DNA from: Eledone cirrhosa
Lineage: Eukaryota
Assembly: GCA_964016885.1 (NCBI GenBank)
Contig: OZ024742.1
Location: 314,216,001-314,280,000 of the forward strand
DNA length: 64,000 nt
Reading direction: 5' to 3'
A model generated the notes under the pieces. It ran no database searches, was not told where the DNA came from, and saw nothing but the letters and a program-made list of their open reading frames with translations. Numbering within the stretch: position 1 is the stretch's first letter; the number at the start of each line of letters is the position of its first letter. Position numbers and translations under genes: made by a program. This document shows positions 39,182 to 54,307 of the stretch, one piece after another.

Positions 39182-41869
39182 GTAATCAGGGAAATGAGAA
39201 CTGACATTGGAAAGCTTGAGTCCCTACTGAATGGGACACTAAAAAACATAGACACTAAAAATAGACTGGAAATAAAGTACAAAACTAGGAGGAAAAAGCT
39301 AAATATTATCATAGAGGAACTGAAGCAACGCATTGTAGCAAAGAGTGCAAAAATCAGGCGATACGAGAACAGAGACAGTCAGTATAGACAGAACCGCATG
39401 TTTGACAACAACTAGAAGATGCTGTTTGGACAGCTTGAAGGGAAAGAAAGAGGCAACGACTTGATCCCTGAGGCGGAACAAACTAAAACATTCTGGAGAG
39501 GAATATGGGAGCAGGATGTTAAACATAATGACCAGGCAGGGTGGATTGAGACAGTACAGAAGGAGATTAGTGAACAGGCACACCAACAAACTGATTTGAG
39601 TATCACAGTTGAAACTCTTAAGGGGCAGGCCAAAAAACTAACCAACTGGAAATCACCAGGCCCAGATGGTGTGCAGGGGTATTGGATTAAAAATATAACA
39701 TCCCTCCACCCGAAATTGAGAACCATGTTCAATGACTGCTTGATGTCAGGTGAGGTAGCAGAGTGGTTGACAAAAGGTACCACAGTTCTGATAATGAAAG
39801 ACCGAATCAAGGGTAATGATGTTACCAACTATAGACCTATCACATGTCTGTCCGTAATGTGGAAACTGTTGACAAGCATTATGTCTGAGGAAATCTACCA
39901 TCACCTCCACACAAACAACTTGTTACCGGACGAACAGAAAGGATGCCGAAAGAAGTCACGTGGTACAAAGGATCAGTTATTTATTGATAAGATGGTAATG
40001 AGGAATTGCAAGAGGAGACACACTGGTCTTGCCATGGGATGGATAGACTAAAAAAGGCATTTGACATGGTGCCTCATTCTTGGATGACCAAACGCCTGGA
40101 GATCTTCAAGGTGGCAGATAACATCAGACAGTTGTTGGGCAAAAGTATGAAGTCCTGGGAAACAGAGTTAACATCAACTGGAGAATCCTTGGGAAGCGTG
40201 AAGATCAAGAGAGGTATCTTCCAGGGAGATAGTCTGTCCCCTCTGTTGTTTGTCCTTGCCCTGATGGCCCTGACCAGTGTACTGCGAAAAGTGAGAGCAG
40301 GATACAGGTTGGGAAAGGGAGGGCTTACCATCAATCACCTCCTCTTCATGGACGATCTTAAGCTCTTCGGGAAGAGTGAGAAGGAGTTGGATGTGCTTGT
40401 TGACACTCCGTATTTTCAGCAATGATATATGTATGCAATTTGGTATTAGTAAGTGTGGAGTAATTGTGATGAAGAGGGGTAAGTTGATCAGAAGTAACGG
40501 AATCCAGGTACCAACAGGTGAGATGATAAAGGAAATTGACTCTGAAGAAGGATACAAGTATTTGGGCGTTCTGGAGGCTGATGACATCAAGAACAAAAAA
40601 ATGAAGGAATTGATAAGAACTGAATACATTCGGAGAATAAGGAGCGTATTAAAGTCACATCTGAACAGTAGGAATGCCATAAGTACAGTAAATTCCCGAG
40701 CTGTGTCTATTATTAGGTACAGTGCGGGAATTCTGAGATGGAATGTTGCTGAACAAAAAGAAATGGATAGGAAGACTAGGAAGTTATTGACTATCTACAA
40801 CATGTTCCACAAGAGGAGTGATGTCGATAGACTCTACTTAAGGAGATCTGAAGGTAGAAGAGGTCTTATCAGCATAGAGGACTGTGTTCAGATGGAGAAA
40901 AACAACCTATACAAATACGTGACCTATAGTAAGGAGCCAATGCTCAGAACTGTACTGAAGGAGGGGACAGTAGGCCAGGGGATGTCTAAGGAGGAAATAA
41001 CATCAAGGAGGAAGAGCAGCCTTAAGGGAAAATCCCTTCATAGTACCTTCTTTGAGAAAACTGAATTTAGAGATCCACAGACATGGAACTGGTTGAGAAG
41101 AGGAGACCTCAAAAAGGCTACAGAAGGAATGCTAATGGCTGCGCAGGAGCAGGCCCTCAAAACGAAGTGGTTGAAGCACCATATTTACAAGGAGGAGGCT
41201 AGCCCACTGTGCAGGATCTGTGGAGAGAGAGAGGAGACTGTGGCTCACATTGTGTCCGAGTGTAAACACCTAGCCCATACCCACTATAAGGGCTGGAGAC
41301 ACGATGTGATGTGCAGGGTGATCCACTGGCACCTGTGCAAAGTAAACAATTTACCACATTCTGAGAAATGGTATGAGCATAGGCCAGAGGCGGTGATGGA
41401 GAACAATCAGGTGAAGGTGCTGTGGGATTTTAGGATACAGACGGACAAAAAACTGGAACACAATAGACCTGACCTGGTGGTTGTGGACAAAGAAAAAAGA
41501 TCGTGTCTGATTGTGGATGTGGCCTGCCCTTTCGACACGAGAGTGCAAGAGAAGGAGAGGTAGAAAATTAACCGATACCAGGACCTAAAGTGGGAGGTGA
41601 AAAGGATTTGGAACTGCCATGAAGTCAAAGTGATCCCGATTGTCATAGGCGCACTGGGGACTATCTCCAAAAGTTTCCAGGGATGGTTAGAGAAAATCGG
41701 CCCCTTCACACTTTTTGGAACGCTTCAAAAGGCATGCTTGCTGGGAACAGCAAGAACCCTCCGATACGTCCTGAATATCTGAGGCTGCTGGTAGTGGCTT
41801 GATATTCATTCCAACGGACTTTCCAGTTAACCAACATCAATGACTGAGATTCAAGGAATAGCAACAATA

Positions 41870-41910
<41 letters not shown>
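39181..41910 (+). mobile_element. R4/Dong-type non-LTR retrotransposon, 5'-truncated and disrupted
   Basis: NWKSPGPDGVQGYW, NYRPITCL, GIFQGDSLSPLLF, HLLFMDDLKL, CRICGEREETVAHIVSEC, NRPDLVVVD and IVDVACP. It has stops and frameshifts, and (TAA)n on both sides. Confidence 0.92.
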
Positions 41911-41911
<1 letters not shown>

Positions 41912-42889
41912 GGGAAGAAGACGTACGAGGTGGTAGAAGGTCATGAAATCGCTCCCGTAAGTTTTTGATTTTTAACATATTTAAATCAATTGTGAAATAA
42001 CAATTCTTAGTACAAATGTTGCATAAACCACCGAATGAGGTCCCATAAAGTTTCGGATCCATATTATATTGTTGTATCGCTCAAATATTCAATTTTGTAT
42101 TATATATTTTGTATTCAAAAAAAGAAAATGGTTATAAATGGAAGAAAACACCCTCTGTCTACACTATATAGAACAGCCAAATAACAGCAATTTCACCAAC
42201 ACCAGAAACTTGATACACCACCTATCCCATCACACTAAATATAACAGCCAGATAACGGCAATTTCACCACCACCACCATCAATCCCAGCATCATAATAAT
42301 AATTACTATTATTATTGTCTCAAATTTTAACAAAATGTTTAATTCCAATTTTACGGGAATATGTCAACACAATATATAATAAAAATATATATTAAACATA
42401 CGAACACAAACTCATAGATACTACATATCAGTAACCACAACGCCACCGCTGCCACCCCCCCACCCCATCCATCACTGCTACCACTATCCCATCGCCGCCG
42501 CCACCACTCCTTCATAGCTACCATCACTATTCCCCTGTTAACTTGAGAGAGAAAGGGGAAGGTGGTGGTATCACTAGACAAGGGAGAGGCTAGCAAAAGA
42601 TATAAATAGATTGACTTAGTGACCTGGCCACCGGCCAAACGTCAACATCAACAACTATGGGACTGCTGGCTCACCCCTTCCTCACCAACAATATAAAAAG
42701 CCCCGGCACCACCACCGACATAGCCAACAACAATAACAGCCAACTACAACAAAAAGTATATTATATTATTGTAATGCACTGGGTGATTGCTGGCCTTGTC
42801 CCTGGAGTGGAGACAGTTATTAATAATTTCATTCTTAAGCCACGCAATGCTCACATTAAGGAACCACTCATGATAATAACAATTTAAAA

Positions 42890-45800
42890 AAAACAACAAA
42901 AAGAAAACCCCGTGACCAAGAAATACCGGGATGGCGGCCGGCGGGGAATAGCCGTGTCTCTAGGGGAGAACGACCCCTCTAGTCTTGGTTGACACTCGTT
43001 CTAGAAGTGGTAACACGAAATGATTACCCCTTGGCGGATAAGGATAAAACGCGACAAAATAAAGTAAATGTCTAATGATAAAATCTCATACCGGATCGGC
43101 CGTCACCCGGGTAAAAAAGGGCCGCGTCCCTCAGAGAGGAACCAGACTGGGGTCGAAAAATCAGCTAATGGTTCAAACCTTCCCATCACTTCGGAGCTGG
43201 AGACCTCCCATAACCGGAATACTCCTACTGTTGGCCCTCCATGCTCACCACCAAGAAATCCAAAGAAAAAGAGAGAAAAATGGTCAAGGGAAGATAATAA
43301 AGAAGTCCTTGAGGCTTTCTACACTGCCATGTACTACCCATCAAATACATCGAATACAGAACAAACATATATCAACTGGAAAAAGAAACATCCCGAAAAC
43401 AGAGGCTATATTGACAGTAAAAAACTAGCCAATATACGAAGAAATATTGTAAGAAAAAAGTTACTAACTGATATAGAAATTGATCAGATCAAGCTAGTAG
43501 CACAAAGTCAGCGAAGGGAAAATGAAGCATGTGTCAGTGAAAACCAGGTAAACTGTAACACTTCGAATCCCAGGGTTGGGGCGGAATCACTGGCAACAGA
43601 ACAAATTAAAGAAAGGAGCGAAAAAGTGGAGGGAGTGCATGCTCAGGATGAAACTCCAAATGAAAATAATGAGATCGTAAATGATAAAGAAATGAATGAG
43701 AATGAACTTGCCAACTTGAAGGATGAAATTATGATCGAATGGATGAAAATGAAAGAATCTGACATGGGGCAACGAGACACCCTCCCTAAGATCCAGAACT
43801 CCAAACAGAACCAAAAGATAATACACAAGACTAACATAATTCTCAAAAACATTATCATCACAAACAAACTAAACATTACTGACTTAAATCATCTCTATTA
43901 TGCATCGGCTAAAGTCACCACTCACTTATGTGGAGTGAAGATGAAAAAACAAAGGAATTCCCACAAGAAATCTACTTGGCAAGATAACATCAATCGCCAA
44001 ATAAACCTTCTCCGATCTGACATAGAAATTTTAACAAACTATAAAGTAGGTGAACATGTTAAACAAACTAAACTTAGAAAATTGAAAAAAAAGTACAGTA
44101 TAAGATCAACATGTGACATAGACATGCTGATAGAAACAATCAAGCAAAAAGTGTCGGCCAAAGCTGCTCGTATAAGGCGCTTTGAAAAACGATCTAGATT
44201 CTATAAGGACAATAATATGTTCAAAAACAACCAAAGAAACTTCTACAGAAAAATTGGTATGTCAACAATAACTGCTAAATCAATACCACCCAAGGAGGAA
44301 GTGCAAGAATTCTGTGAAAAGATCTGGGCCGAAGAAAAAGTTCATAACATACATGCCCCATGGATAGACAGACAAATGAAAGAAACAGCTCACCTTGAAG
44401 AACAAACATGGGAAAATATAACAGTTGAACAGCTGCGCTTGGCTCTAAAAAAAACAGCAAATGGAAATCCCCAGGAAAAGACAAAATACAAAACTTTTGG
44501 ATAAATGCCTTCACAGAGTCTCATGAGCTGTTAGCCCAACTTTACAATGAAATAGTTAAGGAGCCAGAAAAGATACCATCATGGCTAGTTAACGGCATTA
44601 CATTACTGCTACCGAAGAATGATGAGACAAACAATCCCAAAAATTACAGACCGATAACCTGCTTGACCACAATGTATAAAATTTTAACATCAGTCCTAAC
44701 TGAATACACATATGACCACCTGATAACAAATGACCTATTTCCCATTGAGCAGAAAGGGTGTAAACGAGGCTCATATGGCTGTAAGGATCAGCTTCTGGTT
44801 AACAAAATGATACTGGAAGATTGTCATAATAGACACAAAAATCTATCGATTGCTTGGATAGATTATAAAAAAGCATTTGATAGTTTGCCACACAGTTGGA
44901 TTGAAAAATGTTTAGAGATTTTCAAAATATCCCCCGTTGTCAGGAGGTTTTTGTCATTCAGTATGAGGACATGGAGAACGACACTCCTTTTGAATAGTGA
45001 AACAAAATCACTGGAAGCTGGAGAAGTTAACATTAATTGTGGAATTTTTCAGGGTGACTCTTTATCACCGCTTTTATTCTGCATCGCACTTATACCATTA
45101 AGTAAAATGCTCAATGAAACAAAACATGGATATAGAGTCTATGACAAAACCATTAATCACCTGTTCTACATGGATGACCTGAAACTATTTGCAAAAAATG
45201 ATGAACAATTGCAAGGGCTATTATCCACTGTGAAGCAGTTCAGTGATGACATTAAAATGGAGTTTGGACTGGATAAATGCGCCAAAGCAACGTTCACCAG
45301 AGGAAAGCTGCTGAAGAGTTCAGACATTAATCTTGATCGGGGGAACGTGATAAGAGAGCTTGATCAAGAACAAACTTACAAATATCTAGGTGTTTGTGAA
45401 GGAGACGGAATCAAGCACTCGACAATGAGGGAAAGGATAAGGAAGGAATGTTACCGCAGAGTCAGAGCAATCTTAAGAACGGAATTGAATGCAAGGAATA
45501 GGATCGATGCCATAAACACGCTTGCCATACCAGTAGTAACCTACAGTTACAATGTCATCAACTGGTCAAGCACAGAGATCCGTAGGCTCGATACAAAAAT
45601 CCGAAAATTCTTAACCATGCACAGAATGCATCACCCTAAGGCAGACATAGATAGAATATATCTCCCTAGGAAAGAAGGAGGACGTGGGTTAATCCAGTTA
45701 GACATTGCGTTGAAAACTGCAACAATTGGATTATCCACATATCTAAGGGAATCACATGATTGGATGATCAAACTCGTTTTGAAACACGAAAGCACCAAAA

Positions 45801-46905
45801 GATCATATTCCATTACAAAAGATGCACAAAGATACAGTAATGGACTACAAATTTCAGAAGTCCCATTTACTGCTGAAATGGAAAACACAGAAAAAGCAAA
45901 GCAGGTAAAAGTAACTGCAAAGAAAGAACTGCTACAGAAACTGGCTAAGAAATGGCAAGAAAAGCCTCTGTATGGAAAATACCCAGAGCGAGCTAACAAT
46001 CCTGATGTTGACAAAACCTTAACCCATCAGTGGTTGGCATCCTCTGGACTGAAACCGGAGACTGAAGGACTGATTATATCCGCACAAGATCAGTGTCTGC
46101 CAACAAAAAATTACCAAGCCAACATAATAAGAAATGGGTGCAGCCCATTATGCCGTGTATGCAAAAAACAACCAGAGACCATTGACCATATAATTTCAAT
46201 GTGCAGTCCTATAGCTCCAACCGAATACCTAAACAGGCATGACAGAGCTGCACAATACATACATTGGATAATGTGTAAGCATTTTGACCTGCCCCATCAA
46301 AAGAATTGGTGGGAGCATCAACCACCTCCCATACTTGAAAAAGATCACATCTCAATCTTGTGGAACTTTAGCATCCAAACAGACCGAAAAATAGATGCAA
46401 ATAGACCTGATATAATATTGAAGGACTTTCAAAGGAGGATATGCCTGCTAATTGATATGTCTGTTCCAATAGACAAGAATGTATCTATAAAAACATTTGA
46501 AAAATTGAGCAAGTATAAGGACCTGGAGATAGAAATTGGAAAAATGTGGAAATTGAGAACTAAAACAATACCAGTGGTTGTAGGCGCTCTGGGAATGATA
46601 CCTAAGGGGTCTAACGACTACTTATCGCAAATCCCAGGAAACCCGCGTATAGGAGAAATACAAAAGATAGTACTAATGGGAACTGCCCATATACTAAGGA
46701 AGATCCTGTCAATATAAGTACATCACAAGTCTAAACACTAAGGATGCATGTGTGAATATGTATGTTCTTTCTTGAACATGGCGGACCTTGTTGTCTCTTG
46801 AGGTCACTGGTTGTGACTTGGTGATAACTCGTATAAACATAAAGCAAGATAAATGCAAATAATAATAATAAAGCTGATAATGGTGGTGATAATAATAATA
46901 CATTA
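42890..46905 (+). mobile_element. R4/Dong-type non-LTR retrotransposon, near full length (one frameshift near 44455)
   Basis: ORFs 43068-44504 and 44663-46717 join into one RT (GIFQGDSLSPLLF, FYMDDLKL), CCHC (CRVC...HIISMC) and RLE (NRPDIIL, KLSKYKDL) protein. It has a structured 5' UTR and a TAA-rich tail. Confidence 0.93.
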
Positions 46906-47465
46906 AAAAAAATATTTGCTTAATTAGAATCAACATGCTTCATATATGAAACCACTGTTATGCATACCACCTCCACAGTTCTTTCGTCTAAGAATTCCCC
47001 TTCCCATTTTTCTGTTGTTCTGCCATTGTTCAACATGCCAATACAATCTTTAGAAGCATTTTCTATATCTGGAAAGGGCATATCACCAAGTATGGAAAGC
47101 ATTAACCTCTAAGAAAAATGGCAGTCATTCAAATCAAGAGGCGAGAGCAATCGAAGCGAAAACAAAGGCTGGGAGGTGAGCGGGCCAAATAAATAAAGAA
47201 TCTGAATTAATTTAAGTTCCATAAATATCTGACCAATTTCCTTTTGGATTTATTAAGTCTTGGCATCACACAGAATTTCCTGATATGGCTGGAATATTTA
47301 CAGCGAGATTGAGTGGATCATTTAAAAATAATATATTAGTTGTTCGTGTTTATTATTTATTCGTTTGAATTTAGTTTTGTCTTTTCTCATTCTACTTGTA
47401 AAGAGATAAGACAATAATATATAATTTGGAGCTGGGTAGGCCAATGAAATGATTGTAATAGAAAA

Positions 47466-47657
47466 TAATTGTTTCTACTTTTGGCACAAGGCCAGCAATT
47501 ATTCCAGTGCATTGCTGGTACTTTATTTTATCGACCCCGTAAGGATGAAAGGCAAAGTTAACCTCGGCGGGATTTGAACTCAGACCATAAAGGGACGTAA
47601 CTCTTTACTGAAAAGCATGGCGTCCAGTCCTCTACCGATACTACTAATCCACCGCCT
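47466..47657 (-). mobile_element. SINE, full length
   Basis: Family match, with 16-bp TSD tgtaatagaaaataat. Confidence 0.9.
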
Positions 47658-47769
47658 GTAATAGAAAATAATGAAGTAAAAATATGAATAAACACAATTA
47701 TACTAATGATAAACACAATCATACTAATGATAAACAGGATAGCATCATGAACAACAATAACAATAAAAA

Positions 47770-47968
47770 CGGTTTCTTATATAGGCACAAGACCAGCGAT
47801 TTTGGAGGAGGCGAAAGTCGATTAAATCGACCCCAATGTGTGACTGGTACTTTATTTTATCGACCCCGTAAGGATGAAAGGCAAAGTTAACCTCGGCAGG
47901 ATTATAAAGGGCCGTAACTCCATGCTGCAAAGCATGGTATTCGATCCTCTACCGATACTGCGAATCCA
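47770..47968 (-). mobile_element. SINE, older subfamily with cgattaaatcgacccc insert
   Basis: Family match. Confidence 0.8.
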
Positions 47969-48127
47969 ATGTCTTGTGTATAGATGCAGGCATATCTGCA
48001 TGTTTAAGAAGTTTACATTGCAACCGCGTGGTTTCAGTTTCTGTTTTACATGGGTCTTTGACTAATAGACTGTGTGTAAAATTTAGTTGTAAAAATCTCA
48101 AAGTTCATCATATACGTATATTTGTAC

Positions 48128-48162
<35 letters not shown>

Positions 48163-49028
48163 TGTGTGCGTGCGTGTGCGTGTGTGCGTGTGTGTTTGCG
48201 ATTACAATGTTTTATGTCCCTAAATAAATGGTTGGACAGAGATCAATGAAATACGTACGACTAAACATCTTCATAGTAGAGCCCCAGCATGGAGACAGGC
48301 TAATAACAGAAACTAGTAAAATATTAAAAGAATATGAAAATATGAAAGCCATTTTGGGGAAGAATTTTGTCGATTAAATTCGTCCAAGTATTTGAATGAC
48401 TGTGAATCCATTTAGGAAGGATGAAAGGTAACGCTGCATTTGGGGAAGAATTTAAACTCAGAACTTACACAGACAGAACAAATATTGCAAGGCCTTTTTT
48501 GGACATTCAACATCAGCACCATCAATATAATTTGGATTTTTTTTTCTTTTTGTGAAAATGGTGTTCACTAGGTGTCTTAGATAAAAGTACGTACTGTTTT
48601 CGCAAACACTAACACCGGACGTTTGTGCAATTTGTTTGTGCTACTACAGTGAGCATTGTATATCATAAGTCCGTGTTCCCCACTGATAATCGCAAGAATT
48701 AAAGGATTAGATTGAGGCAAGTCAGTTTAAAGTAGGATTTAATTCACTGAAAGTTCTTTATATTTCTATTGACAGAAATGTCAGAAATTCAATTTACACA
48801 GTGTTTAGCGACTTTAGATACTCGTGAAGTTTGAACCTTTCTATTGTTATTAGAATAGAAAGAAATTATCACACTCCCCATCTTAAGCCTAATGAACACT
48901 GACACAAGCATCAATACTTCGAAATAATAACAGAAATAATATATTCAGAAATATTATATTTATCTAAAAAAGAGTGATGTGCGTAACCTCAGTAACTTAA
49001 ACGTAGTATAAAGTACCTTCTGTACTAT

Positions 49029-49100
<72 letters not shown>
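49029..49100. repeat. (CTA)n microsatellite
   Basis: Direct reading of the sequence. Confidence 0.95.
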
Positions 49101-49725
49101 ATACACACACCGAGCAACATAAATTGTTGGACATCTTAAATAAAGCAAGACACTTTCTGGTTTCAAGAAAGCCGCTCATTATGAAACAGAGCTGAGTTAC
49201 CAGACAACAATGAAATGTTTGGTGAAGCAATATCAGAAAGTAACTGCGTAATATATGAAGTTGGGATCAAAGAGTAAATAATTGAATCAACCATCACTAT
49301 TAATTTAAGAATAGGCTATCACTATTTGAAGGGAAACAATCGTCCGTGTGGTAGATTTTATGAAACAATACACCACGATACTCCCAGAAGATATATTTGA
49401 GAATATTTTAACGAACCGAGGTTCCTTTAAATAATGATTTAAATGCGTAATAACCCAGTTCGAATTCCTTGGAGAAAAATGTCTGCGATACTCATGAACT
49501 TTCACTTGTAGAAAATATCAAGGATAAGATACGATAGAAATTCAGCATAGAGTTAGACAAAGAAAAACACATATTAAGATTGATGTCATTTTCAATGAGA
49601 AAAATGCCAACTGATACAGGTAATCTGCTTAACAACAAAGGGTTATATGTTTTCGTTCCATCATCTTAGTGGTTATTGCAGTAGTGGAAATGATTCACAA
49701 TTTCTGGAAAGACACTGAAAGATTA

Positions 49726-49914
49726 ATAATTGTTTCTACATTTGGCACAAGGCCAGCAAATACCCAGTGCATTACTGGTACTTTATTTTATCGACCCCGT
49801 AAGGATGAAAGGCAAAGTTAACCTCGGCGGGATTTGAACTCAGAATGGCAAGGGCCGTAACTCTACGCGTCAAAGGATGGCGTCCGTCTCTCTACCGATA
49901 CTGCCAATCCACCA
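49726..49914 (-). mobile_element. SINE, full length
   Basis: Family match, with TSD gaaagattaataat. Confidence 0.9.
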
Positions 49915-50006
49915 CACAGAAAGATTAATAATGAGGGTAAAAGGAAGCACATTCCGAAAGTCTGTAAACATTCTGTAAATAATGATAATATATTCTAACA
50001 TGAGAA

Positions 50007-50222
50007 CGGTGGATTGAGAGTATCAGTAGAGCGTCGAACAACATGCTATATGGCACAGAGTTACGCCCCCTTACGATCTGAGTTCAAATCATGCCGGGTT
50101 TAGCTTTGCCTTTCATCCTTACGTAGTCGATAAAATGAAGTACCAGTAATGCACCGGGGTCGATTAAATCGACTTTCCCTGCCCCTAAAATTGTTGGCCT
50201 TGTGCCTACATCAGAAACCAAT
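50007..50222 (+). mobile_element. SINE, older subfamily
   Basis: Family match, with flanks aatatattct[a/c]acatg. Confidence 0.8.
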
Positions 50223-51179
50223 ATATTCTCACATGGTATCTATTTACGGTTTCCAAGATATTTTTGGGGACCGAGCCAACTTCACTTCCATTAGGTGCTC
50301 TCCGGGAAAGTATTTATAATGCTTTTCTAACGAGGCTGTGTATGAAAAAATACCTTGATGAACGATAATAATTATATACATACACGCGCACATACATACT
50401 TAAATTGTTCATCGCATATATACTGATCCTCAGACGTGATGTGGCATGAAAACAAAACAAAGAAAGATATACCCAATTCAGTTTAAAAAAGGAATCACTC
50501 AGTGTATTTCCCAAACTCTGACCAATACAGATAATAATAGCTTTTCATAATTTTACAAGGAGATCATTTGGCCTTCATATTTTCCTCTGGTTACTGATGA
50601 TATAGATAAAGCAAAGTGGTTTATAATAAGATAAGAAACCAATTTATGATAATTAGCATCATTTTGATAACTTGTACTATATGTTATTTATTGATATACT
50701 AATAAAAAGAGGGGTGAACCTAGTACATACTGGGCAAAACTAAATTTTGTCAGGATATTTATGTCGATTGTATTTCGAACCTAGACACAATATGCACGTA
50801 GCAAATTTCGCTCTCTCTACGTATCTCAGTCTCTGTCCCCCTCTTTCTCTGTGAATGCATGTTAGTGTTTTTGTATTACTCAATAATTATGATTTTCTTT
50901 TAATAGTAACAAGATACGAAAATATCAGAGCACTGATGATAGCGAATTTCTCAAATTTGTAAAGCCATTGCTAGAGGTGCCACAGCGGTGACAATTTCGT
51001 ATGTTTGTATATAGTTTGTAATACATGAGATATTTGACTGTTATTTCTAGAAGATTTATTATTTGCAAAAATAGTTAACAACAGAGTTGATTGATAGGAA
51101 TTCGACAGCGAATTCGGGAACTGTCACATATTTGATGACATGAAAACATATTTCATATTGCAGAAACAACTGCTTCATT

Positions 51180-51331
51180 ATAATTGTTTCTACTTTTGGC
51201 ACAAGGCCAGCAATTACCCAGTGTATTACTGGTACTTTATTTTATCGACGCTATAAGGATGAAAGGCAAAGTTAACCTCGGCGGGATTTGAACTCAGATT
51301 GGAAAGAGCCGTAACTCTATGCGTCAAAGCT
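51180..51331 (-). mobile_element. 5'-truncated SINE
   Basis: Family match, with TSD gcttcattataat. Confidence 0.85.
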
Positions 51332-51622
51332 TCATTATAATAGTTGTAAATATATTATAGCGTGGAAGGCATTTTGTCTAAGAATATGTATTGCAGGAGT
51401 CAGTATATAAACTAACGTTGTTTTATGATTGAATCTGAACACTTGCTTAATTATCTAAGTTTTAGACATCTTTATAGAGTAGCAAAGAATAGATGCTAAG
51501 CGAATAACACGATATATCTTCAAATTTTTAAGACAGGCATGAACATGTTGGAATCCGATATTCCATTACATGAACGAAACACACAGACCTACACATATAA
51601 GCACACACGTATATAAACACAT

Positions 51623-51680
<58 letters not shown>

Positions 51681-52214
51681 ATAGAGAGAGAGAGAAATAT
51701 ATATGTACACCCGGAATAACCTACAGATAATGGATATTCTGATAATATGTATGGCTATCGAGGATATGTGGATACATCTCACTTGACATCGCTTGCTTTT
51801 AGACCTCACGCAATATATATGATATATTGTTGCTATTATATGAGTGTTAAAATTAGTTTTCAGATTGTACAAAAGCTATGAGAATTAAAACATAACATTA
51901 TATTTTGCCCATTATTTCAGAGTGCTTGAACTCTGTATCATGAAATAGCAAAATATATTGAGCTGTCGATATAAATACAATAGTATGAATAAATGATATT
52001 CATGGATGCGTATATTACACATTTCTCAACCGAAGGGGAATAATGCAGTGATTTATACCGAAAAGGTTAAAAAGAATACAAACACCAATAATAAAGATAA
52101 ATAATGTACATTAAGTTTTAACGTTTCATAGCTAAAAGCCCTTCTTATATTAAGAAGATGTATCATAGTTAATGGACTAGGTGCTAAAATACTTTATTAT
52201 TTTAGCAGTTTGTC

Positions 52215-52432
52215 GGTGAATTGGCTGTATCGGTAGAGCGTCGAACACCAAGCTTTGCTGCATATAGTTACGTCGTTTTACATTCGGAGTTCAAATCATG
52301 TCGAGGTTAACTTTGTATTTCATCCATATGGGGTCTATAAAATATAGTACCAGTAATGCATTGGAGTCGAATTAATCAACATTCCCCTCCATCCCCAAAT
52401 GTTTGGCACTGTGCCTAAATCAGAAACTATTA
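52215..52432 (+). mobile_element. SINE, older subfamily
   Basis: Family match, with flanks tattattt[t/c]agca. Confidence 0.75.
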
Positions 52433-52631
52433 TTTCAGCACGATTGAAAGGCAACAAGAATTTAATCGGGATTGAAGATAAAGGTACGAGGAAGTGAAAT
52501 GAATGTTATGTAAACCACTTCTGCCGATACAAGACACAATAGGTTGTAGAAACTTTGCGACAGATTACGTAGATTGATATTAGCCCAGAGGTGTCGGTTA
52601 CATTGTTGTTGACTGGGCTAGATTATGTATG

Positions 52632-52706
<75 letters not shown>

Positions 52707-53120
52707 CTGATGGCATAATGAGGAACAAATGAGGCTATAGAATGGTGCTTTGTGGTATTTCCTTTATCATAACACTCGTTGTAATTAGATCAGTTGAACA
52801 CCACGACTAGGCTTCGGTATTTAAGGAAATCAGTCTTACCAATATCTAACCTCCCTAATGACAATATTATTCAGCTGATGACTTAATATTCCATACCCAA
52901 CCATATTCAACACGAAATCAAAATATTAGAGAATCAACTCATAAAACAGATAGAAAAGGTTTCAGTATCAGATGGTGTTGTTTTAGAAACTGTGTTAGTT
53001 TCTTTGAGAGAGGCGGTTGTATTGCGTTTTGAAAAAATACTTCTCTTCATCTAAATATTTAATTTACTATATTTTTGCTTTTTATTTTCTCTTGAAAGGA
53101 ATTATTTTGAATGTTATTTC

Positions 53121-53316
53121 CAGACCTTCTAACCTCTGAAAACCCAAACGGGGAGTACCATGAAAAAATGTACCCCAAAACAGGGAGAAATGAAGCAAAA
53201 ATCGGGAGATTTTAGATAATGAATGCTATAGCCATTTTCACGAGAGAAGACATCCCTCACTCACCCCAAAGTTGGTAGGAGATCTCACCGTCCGACAGGG
53301 AGTGTTGACAGGTCTG
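53121..53316. mobile_element. MITE with CAGACCT TIRs (copy 2)
   Basis: cagaccttctaac / gttgacaggtctg, with exact 6-bp flanking duplication tatttc. Confidence 0.75.
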
Positions 53317-53785
53317 TATTTCTAAGATCTTTTAAATAATAACTTCTTACCACAGGTACACATATAATTATATCAATTAGTAGGATTTGTACTTTGAATA
53401 CAAATCAATTTTTACGAGTAAAAAATTAAGAAATAAATCAGTAAAAGTAAATCTCTGGAAATCTGGATATCATATAAATACCAAAATCATATTCAGTATT
53501 GCTTGATGTAGCATATGGACCGAAAGGGAAATATGTAAATAACTAATTTATAGTGTTTTTTTATATTGTTTTATAGTGTAGCACAAGACCAAATTACCAC
53601 ATTACCCCACCGACGATCTTAAATACGAGCCAAGTGGAAAGTCCCAGAGGAGTCTACAGTTGTCATGTGTGTGCCAGAAGGTGCAGGTATTTGGGTGGTT
53701 TAAAGAAGCCATATTTGTGCTTCACATCTTTGAGAATTTTATCACGAGGTTGCGGCCACCATATATATTTATATATATATGTGTG

Positions 53786-53833
<48 letters not shown>

Positions 53834-53891
53834 TGTGCGTGTGTGTTATGTATTAAATATATATATATATGTATATACATATGTATATATT

Positions 53892-54019
<128 letters not shown>

Positions 54020-54307
54020 CAAATAACGAAACGAAATTAAATTTCGTTTCGTTTGTAACTCACTTTTGTATGACTGACGCTTAAACAATTAAGTTAAAAA
54101 TGTACATCTACATATGCATACTGAAATACTAGTATGCATATGAATACACACACGTATACATATGTAGATGTACCAAGTCTTTCACTGGTTACTTTACTGT
54201 GAGTATCCAGCTATTCTGTATGTAAACACACAGACAAACCGGTTTTTAGAGTCATACTGGTTTTTGAGGAAACACCTTTCCTCTATTCTCCAGAAAGCCA
54301 GACAAGG

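Noticed and set aside
50933-50960. CTGATGA at about 50933 (also about 50594 and 52875)
   Set aside because: There is no stem II-GAAA-stem III-NUH arrangement downstream.
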